Position numbers and translations under genes: made by a program
Notes under the pieces: model-generated
Databases searched by the model: none
The model's input: only the letters and a program-made list of their open reading frames with translations
Told to the model about the DNA's origin: nothing
DNA from: an uncultured Candidatus Saccharibacteria bacterium
GTDB lineage: Bacteria > Patescibacteriota > UBA1384 > XYA2-FULL-43-10
Length of the DNA stretch: 41,433 nt
NCBI GenBank assembly: GCA_964389035.1
Contig: CAYMCH010000002.1
Location: 1-41,433, forward strand
Direction: 5' to 3'
Shown here: in pieces, positions 1 to 5,447 of the stretch
Position numbering within the stretch: position 1 is the stretch's first letter
Layout: each line of letters starts with the position of its first letter

Positions 1-61
1 GGAATTAATTCCGATCCGAAATGTGGTGTTTATCACCTGCGTTCCCTTCGGGGATAGGATC

Positions 62-101
62 GGGATAATATAAAATGGGGCTAGGTAACTAGGCTCATTT
101 T
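62..101 (-). terminator. possible intrinsic terminator closing the XRE-MTase-DUF3800 operon
   Basis: On the minus strand, AAAATG (101-96) pairs with CATTTT (77-72) around an imperfect CCTAG-TTAC-CTAG hairpin. A T-rich run (TTTTATATTAT) follows. The structure overlaps the stop codon at 100-102. Confidence 0.3.
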
Positions 102-732
102 ATTTTGGCCAAATTTGTACCTGTATTTCTCTTCTGTTTATCATTTTCCTATATTTATCGTGGTTTTTTCTCTTATCATTAATTGATCTATTTATGACTC
201 CCGCGACATAATCTGCCAACTGTAACAGGTTATTCTTTTTTGAATCTTGCATTTTGATCTTTTTAATTTTTCTTGTGTTAGTATTGGCTTTTGTTTTTAA
301 ATATTTTTCTAATTGTCGACGAAAATCAAGATTGCCACTTTTATCGATAATGATAGTTGCACAGTCAAGTTTGTCTTTGGCATTTTCGAAAACTAAACTG
401 CAAGCATATTTATAAAATGACATTTTATCCTTGAAGCCATCGCCCCAAAGTTTTTTTGGATCTTTGTTTATAACAATGCTGTAGTAAAAAAAACTATAAG
501 GCATAACTGCTTGCAAAAATGCTTCGCGTACTCGGTCTGAATTGTTTTTGAAATGGAATTCGCTTGATAAGTCCCAATTTAATTCTCGTTTCAACAATTC
601 GATTCTTTGATCGCACGCTAACGCTTCATCATTTTCTTCAAATACAACCAGTGATATTGTAAAGTATCTGCTCGAACCCTGATCAATTTTAAGTCCGGGA
701 TCGCCAGATTCATCGATAAAAACTAACATCAA
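100..732 (-). CDS. DUF3800 family protein (uncharacterised)
   Basis: 210 aa. The N-terminal FIDESGDPG motif and C-terminal LLQLADYVAG motif match the conserved D-E and QxxD signature I recall for Pfam DUF3800. Its start overlaps the stop of the upstream methyltransferase by 4 nt (729-732). Confidence 0.7.
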   Translation of the reverse strand: MMLVFIDESGDPGLKIDQGSSRYFTISLVVFEENDEALACDQRIELLKRELNWDLSSEFHFKNNSDRVREAFLQAVMPYSFFYYSIVINKDPKKLWGDGFKDKMSFYKYACSLVFENAKDKLDCATIIIDKSGNLDFRRQLEKYLKTKANTNTRKIKKIKMQDSKKNNLLQLADYVAGVINRSINDKRKNHDKYRKMINRREIQVQIWPK

Positions 733-2282
733 AACCCCAATTCTTTTAATATTTTATAGAGATTTTTGTCGGCTTCTTTGGCTTTTTGTTCAGCCTCTTT
801 TAGCTCAACTAAAATATTTTCGATTGGCTCATACTCCTCAATCGCTCCATTATGAATATAGCGAGATGGTGAAATGTTGTAATCATTCTTGGCGATTTCT
901 TCCTTGCCAATGAACCGGCTAAAGCCATCAATCTCTTTCTTTGAATGATATGTTTTGACGATCTTTTCAATCTGTTCGTCCGAAATATAGTTTTTTGGGT
1001 CACCTTTAACAAATTCCTTCGATGCGTTGATGAGAAATATTTTATCTTTCAAACTATCTGGCTTTTTCTTGTTGAGGAAAATTATAATGCCAGGTGCAGT
1101 TGTGTTGTAAAACAGGTTTTCTGGCAGATATAAAACGCCTTCAATCAGGTCTTGTTCTACAAACCACTTGCGAACTTCCTTTTCTTTATTTGTATTTGCA
1201 TTTCCGCTACCGCGAGAAGCTGCACCGGTATCGAGGACGATTGCGGCGCGCCCACTATCATTTAAGCTTGATAAAATATGTTGTGCCCAACCCCAGTCGG
1301 CTTTACCGCCAGGATTACCAGCAGGAAATCGCTGATACGGGTCGTTTGTATAAAGTTCTTCATTAAAACCCGGCTGGTTCCACATCGGATTAGCAACTAC
1401 TCGATCAAACTTTTTTAAGCCATGTTTATCTTTAATTTTGGGATTATTAAAAGTATCGCCAAGTTCGATATTACCTTCCATATCATGAATTATCATGTTC
1501 ATGTTCGCCATAGACCAGCTTGTGGGCATATATTCCTGGCCGTAAAGACGCAGCGGAGTGAAAGATTTGATGCTTTGCTTTTCCTGTTTCTCTTTGAGGG
1601 CAAGCTCGCATTTAATGAGTAGCCCTGCACTTCCACAAGCAGGATCATAAACTTCCATGCCCGACTCGGCATCCATAATCATGGCCATGACAATGCCAAC
1701 TTCTCTGGGAGTGTAGAACTCTCCAGCGGTTTGACCCGAACTCTCTGCAAACTTACGGATTAAATATTCGTAGCTTCTGCCGATGATGTCCGGCTCGACA
1801 TCATTTAGCCCGAGTCGTTTTTGGCTAATAGCCTCAATCAAATTTGAAAGCCGATGATCGTCAATTTCTCTTTGTCCTCTTGTAGTTGCATTATAGTCGA
1901 TTGTATCAATTACCCCATCGAGTGCCGTGTTGTGAGTGGCGATTTCTCGAATTATACGAGTGAGTTCTTCGCCGATATTGTGAGAGAGCGAGCGAATTGC
2001 TTGCCATGTATCTTGTTTTTCTGGGTCTTTCGGTTTTATTGGGATATAAAAGCGGACGCGCGAATGATCAGCATCAATTTTCTTAATCGCTTCAACTCGT
2101 AAACCGCCTTTTGCAATGCGATTCACTTCATCATCAAAAACATCACAAAGTCGTTTTACAAATATTAACGGCAAAATATAGTCTTTGAATTTACCTGCAT
2201 CTTTTGACCCACGAATTGCACATGCAGCGTCCCATATCCAGTTTTCAAGTGACTTTTCTTTTTGGTTGTCTATTTTTGCCAT
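729..2282 (-). CDS. hsdM: HsdM-like (type I R-M subunit M family) N6-adenine DNA methyltransferase
   Basis: 517 aa. HsdM_N-like N-terminus (LENWIWDAACAIRG...YILPLIFVKRLCDVFD). AdoMet motif I is VYDPACGSAGLL. Motif IV is VVANPMWNQ, an NPMW variant of NPPF/W. C-terminal NISPSRY plus a coiled-coil tail, as in HsdM. Confidence 0.85.
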   Translation of the reverse strand: MAKIDNQKEKSLENWIWDAACAIRGSKDAGKFKDYILPLIFVKRLCDVFDDEVNRIAKGGLRVEAIKKIDADHSRVRFYIPIKPKDPEKQDTWQAIRSLSHNIGEELTRIIREIATHNTALDGVIDTIDYNATTRGQREIDDHRLSNLIEAISQKRLGLNDVEPDIIGRSYEYLIRKFAESSGQTAGEFYTPREVGIVMAMIMDAESGMEVYDPACGSAGLLIKCELALKEKQEKQSIKSFTPLRLYGQEYMPTSWSMANMNMIIHDMEGNIELGDTFNNPKIKDKHGLKKFDRVVANPMWNQPGFNEELYTNDPYQRFPAGNPGGKADWGWAQHILSSLNDSGRAAIVLDTGAASRGSGNANTNKEKEVRKWFVEQDLIEGVLYLPENLFYNTTAPGIIIFLNKKKPDSLKDKIFLINASKEFVKGDPKNYISDEQIEKIVKTYHSKKEIDGFSRFIGKEEIAKNDYNISPSRYIHNGAIEEYEPIENILVELKEAEQKAKEADKNLYKILKELGF

Positions 2283-2283
2283 T

Positions 2284-2487
2284 TTATTCCTTGATTAAAT
2301 CATCAACGCCCACATCTAATGCTTTGGCAATTTTGGTCAATGTTTCTATTGTCGGATTCTTGTTAACACCATTTTCAATCTTAACTATGGTGTTGAGTGA
2401 TAAATCCGCAAGACGAGCAATTTTTTCAAGTGAAAGCCCCTTTTCACCTCGGAGTCTCTTTAAATTAATAGAAATATTGTTTGACAT
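2284..2487 (-). CDS. XRE/Cro-C1 family helix-turn-helix transcriptional regulator
   Basis: 67 aa. The sequence LKRLRGEKGLSLEKIARLADLSLNTIVKIENG...PTIETLTKIAKALDV is a canonical HTH_3 layout. Its stop lies 1 nt before the MTase ATG. Confidence 0.85.
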   Translation of the reverse strand: MSNNISINLKRLRGEKGLSLEKIARLADLSLNTIVKIENGVNKNPTIETLTKIAKALDVGVDDLIKE

Positions 2488-2813
2488 AATTCCTGTGGTT
2501 CATTAATATTGTAGTATATAGAATATATTATATATCCCTCATTCTTGATACTATAATGATAACCATTTTAATCAGCTTTGTAAACCAGTTATTAGGGAGT
2601 TTCCCGTAGTAAGCGCGCGCTGGGATGGGTGGGGCAAGCGCATTATTGTTTTCGCCCTCTCTCCCCCCCCACCTAAACTTTTCAAAATCCCTCAAATCTC
2701 CTAAAGCTGCCAAGAGCATCCAGCCCAATCACTATCCGCCCAAATTCACCCGAGGGGTGCCAAAGATCCCGAATTAAAAAAAATGTGCTTGTTTTAAAAA
2801 ACGCAATAATGTT

Positions 2814-2983
2814 TTATGCTTCAAATCGCTCAAAGTAGGTTCGAGCGGAGTCGAGAACACACCACCATAGTAAATTTAACTTGTTTACATCTTTTACCCC
2901 AACTGCTCGCTCTGCTCGTTTGTAGAGTTCTGTAAAGGGTTTCTTTAGTTCAATATACAGTTTACTATCCAAGATAGTGCGGT
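2814..2983 (-). pseudogene. detached 3'-terminal fragment of a serine recombinase gene (alternative C-terminal exon-like piece)
   Basis: The minus-strand frame reads RTILDSKLYIELKKPFTELYKRAERAVGVKDVNKLNLLWW, nearly identical to the C-terminus of the 3162-4685 protein. It then continues CVLDSARTYFERFEA-stop. Upstream of 2983 the track ORF (to 3035) has no recombinase similarity. Confidence 0.55.
2862..2983. repeat. left arm of the 122-bp inverted repeat (IR-L)
   Basis: Hand alignment shows that the reverse complement of 2862-2983 equals 4543-4664 at 119 of 122 positions. The three mismatches are all near the inner end. The outer ~96 bp are identical. Confidence 0.9.
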
Positions 2984-3161
2984 TCCTGTGCGAAAAGCAC
3001 AGAAAGCATAAGGATGTATTACAATATTTCATCAATATATTCTTATGCTTTGAGCCATAAGGTTTGATCCCGATAGGGAAAAAAAGCGAGATTTAAATTG
3101 TCAGTGTAGTACTGAAAAGAAAGCATTTGATATATACCACAAAGGATACGAGGAGGAATTT

Positions 3162-4685
3162 ATGCTAAAATATTTCATTTACTGCAGAAAGTCATCCGAG
3201 GAGGAGGAACGGCAAATTTTGTCGATCGAGGCTCAACTCCAAGAACTTAGAGATTATGCTAAACAAAACGATCTATTTATCATCAAGGAGTTTACAGAGA
3301 GCCGAACAGCTAAGGAGCCGGGACGGCCAATATTCAATCAAATGCTTTCTGAAATTGACCAAGGCAAGGCTTCGGGAATCGTAGCTTGGAATCCTGATAG
3401 ATTAGCCAGAAATAGTATTGATGGCGGAAGAATAATCTATCTGGTTGATACCGGCAAGATTGAAAGCTTAAAATTCCCGACATTTTGGTTTGATACAACA
3501 CCTCAAGGCAAATTTATGTTAAGCGTTGCCTTTGGTCAAGCCAAGTACTATACCGACAATTTAAGAGAAAACATTTTGCGAGGAATTAGACAGAAGTTAA
3601 GGCGTGGTGAAATGCCGGCCAAAGCTCCACTTGGATATTACAACGAACCGAGATTGAGAACTATCGAACCAGACAAAACAACATTCAATAAGATGAAGCA
3701 CATTTTGGAGCTTTTCGCCAAAGGCAACCACACCTTAACTAAAATCCGAGATGAAATGTTTACTCTCGGCTTAGTTGGCCGGTATGGCAAGCCACATAGC
3801 TTATCTTCAATACCTGCCATACTATCCAATCCTTTCTATTACGGTATGTTTAGATTTAACGGCGAGCTGATCCAAGGCTCGCACAAGCCGATGATTTCTA
3901 AGAAACTTTTTGACAAGATACAATTGGCGATTAGAGAAAACGGTAAACCTCGGAAGATCAAACCAAAGCAAAAAGTCTTTCCATTTGTAGGTTTTGCTAA
4001 ATGTGGAGATTGTGGCTATATGATAACTGCCGAACTAAAGATCAAACCAAGTGGACGGGAATATATTTATTATCGTTGTACCAAGAAAAGCAAAACCTAT
4101 AAATGCGGTCAGCATGACTTTTTGCGTGAAGAAGCCTTTGCCAATCAAATACTCGACTACTGTCAAAAAGTTTCTATTCCTGATGAGTGGAGAGACAAGT
4201 TTCTAGGTAAAGTGGCAGAGTGGGAACAAGAAGAAAACGACTCATCGGGAATTTTCGTTCAAAAGCTTAAAGAAAAGCTCCAAGAGATAGCTGTTAAAAT
4301 AGATCGGTTATCAAACGGCTATCTTGAGGGAGCTTTTGAACTTCGCGAATACCATATCAAGAAGAATGAATTAGTTGAACTAAAAAAGACCATCGAAGAA
4401 GAATTAAGCGATTTTGAACGAAAAGGAAATCATCGGCTCGAACTCTTAAAGGATTGGATAATCGAGGCCAACAGAGCCGATAATCTCGCTAAAACAAAAA
4501 ATTTCCTCGAAATGAGAAATTTTTTGAAAACCGCCGGCTCGGACCGCACTATCTTGGACGGTAAACTGCATATTGAACTAAAGAAACCCTTTACAGAACT
4601 CTACAAACGAGCAGAGCGAGCAGTTGGGGTAAAAGATGTAAACAAGTTAAATTTACTATGGTGGACCCGATCAGGCTTGAACTGA
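3162..4685 (+). CDS. large serine recombinase (resolvase N-domain + recombinase domain + zinc ribbon + coiled coil)
   Basis: 507 aa. Catalytic-Ser N-terminus YCRKSSEEE...SIEAQ and DRLARN. Recombinase domain motif NPFYYG. Zinc ribbon CGDCG...YYRC...C. Long coiled-coil C-terminus. AGGAGG SD 5 nt upstream of the ATG. The last 27 nt overlap tRNA-Ala antisense. Confidence 0.9.
   Translation: MLKYFIYCRKSSEEEERQILSIEAQLQELRDYAKQNDLFIIKEFTESRTAKEPGRPIFNQMLSEIDQGKASGIVAWNPDRLARNSIDGGRIIYLVDTGKIESLKFPTFWFDTTPQGKFMLSVAFGQAKYYTDNLRENILRGIRQKLRRGEMPAKAPLGYYNEPRLRTIEPDKTTFNKMKHILELFAKGNHTLTKIRDEMFTLGLVGRYGKPHSLSSIPAILSNPFYYGMFRFNGELIQGSHKPMISKKLFDKIQLAIRENGKPRKIKPKQKVFPFVGFAKCGDCGYMITAELKIKPSGREYIYYRCTKKSKTYKCGQHDFLREEAFANQILDYCQKVSIPDEWRDKFLGKVAEWEQEENDSSGIFVQKLKEKLQEIAVKIDRLSNGYLEGAFELREYHIKKNELVELKKTIEEELSDFERKGNHRLELLKDWIIEANRADNLAKTKNFLEMRNFLKTAGSDRTILDGKLHIELKKPFTELYKRAERAVGVKDVNKLNLLWWTRSGLN
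4543..4664. repeat. right arm of the 122-bp inverted repeat (IR-R)
   Basis: This arm is the last ~40 codons of the recombinase ORF. Its outer 6 nt (TGGTGG, 4659-4664) are the complement of the CCACCA 3' end of tRNA-Ala. Confidence 0.9.
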
Positions 4686-4735
4686 CGACCTCATCGCTGC
4701 CAGCGATGCGCTCTAGCCAACTGAGCTACGGGCCC
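4659..4735 (-). tRNA. tRNA-Ala (anticodon GGC), CCA encoded
   Basis: 77 nt folded by hand: acceptor GGGCCCG/CGGGTCC with the G3:U70 alanine identity pair, D arm GCTC-AGTTGGCTA-GAGC, anticodon arm CATCG-CTGGCAG-CGATG, variable AGGTC, T arm GTCAG-TTCAAGC-CTGAT, then ACCA. Confidence 0.92.
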
Positions 4736-4936
4736 ATATTTATAAATAAACAAGATACAAGATACAGTAACCAAACAAAAATCTATTATCAAATGTCGGA
4801 CATTGTATATTGCATAATGAATAATGAATTATGTATAAAGAAATATCAAAGAAACAATTATCTTATCAACTTATACAATATATCATATCAAAATAGGAAA
4901 TTCCATGATTGGGCGCCGCCCCGGTACATCTGGTAC

Positions 4937-5341
4937 TTATGGGGCGGCAACGATGATACGCGGGAAGAACTCGGTCCCGCACTCGCGACACACAAGTGGC
5001 GTGTCGCGATCGTTAAATTCGTGTGGAGTGCCGCACAAGGGACAGAGACACTCGTCAGAACGTCTTGTGTAAGATAACTCGTGAAAAGAGCGGAGCAAAT
5101 CAGCCTCTTCAGCTTTTCTTTGCATTTCTTTTCCATATCGAGTGAGCCTGATCTCTCCCCACGCAGCAACAACAGGATAACTGCCTTGTGGAGGTGTAAA
5201 ATCAGGGTGATCACTCCTGTATGCAGCGAGCGCAGCAGAGATAGCCGCATCCTCGTTGCTAGGTCTGTTAACTCGAATCCATCTGTACTCATTACACCAG
5301 GGAAGATAAACCCTGGCAGACTGCGTGTGGGTGCTAGGCAC
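4937..5341 (-). CDS. hypothetical protein with C-terminal CxxC...CxxC zinc ribbon, in a GC-rich patch
   Basis: 134 codons with a GTG start and AAAGGGG about 9 nt upstream. Zinc-ribbon sequence is CPLCGTPHEF...CRECG. It is the most protein-like of several overlapping ORFs in a ~55-60% GC segment. I recognise no family. Confidence 0.4.
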   Translation of the reverse strand: MPSTHTQSARVYLPWCNEYRWIRVNRPSNEDAAISAALAAYRSDHPDFTPPQGSYPVVAAWGEIRLTRYGKEMQRKAEEADLLRSFHELSYTRRSDECLCPLCGTPHEFNDRDTPLVCRECGTEFFPRIIVAAP

Positions 5342-5395
5342 AATTAATTGCCCCTTTCAGTAAATTATATACCACAAACGAGCTGCATCGTCAAC

Positions 5396-5424
5396 TTGCC
5401 TGAGGCTGAATAATCTAGTATTAT
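5396..5424 (+). promoter_or_regulatory. putative sigma70-type promoter of leuS
   Basis: TTGCCT (5396-5401), a 17-nt spacer, then TATTAT (5419-5424). AAGGA SD lies before the ATG at 5448. Confidence 0.4.
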
Positions 5425-5447
5425 AAACATAATAACCAAGGAAAAGT

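Noticed and set aside
2528-2728. 66-aa minus-strand ORF in the GC-rich intergenic segment.
   Set aside because: It has no SD. The translation is Gly/Trp/Arg-rich and spans the homopolymer run, and it would sit inside the probable promoter/leader of the XRE operon. It is treated as non-coding.
1-4658. Looked for a direct repeat of the tRNA-Ala 3' half, which would mark the far att site of an integrated element.
   Set aside because: The only copy of the tRNA terminal sequence is the 6-nt CCACCA at the tip of IR-L, and it is in inverted, not direct, orientation. No att-type direct repeat is visible within the window.
4888-5343. Alternative ORFs over the GC-rich patch: 151 aa on the minus strand (4888-5343), plus-strand 4658-5077 and 5081-5347.
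   Set aside because: High GC keeps several frames open. These translations are Leu/Ser/Arg-rich and low in information. 4658-5077 runs straight through the tRNA-Ala gene. Only the 4937-5341 frame has a plausible SD and a zinc-ribbon motif, and even that is low confidence.
4896-5345. Tested whether the GC-rich patches (this one, 2560-2810 and 37500-37730) are housekeeping RNAs: tmRNA, RNase P RNA, SRP/4.5S RNA.
   Set aside because: On either strand I found no GGAAAGTCC-type RNase P CR-I motif, no tRNA-like GGGG...GGATTCGAC 5' end with a TCCACCA 3' end, and no SRP domain IV GGAAGCAGC-type motif. One GGATTCGAG (minus strand, about 5283-5275) lacks the surrounding tmRNA features. A covariance-model scan is still needed.
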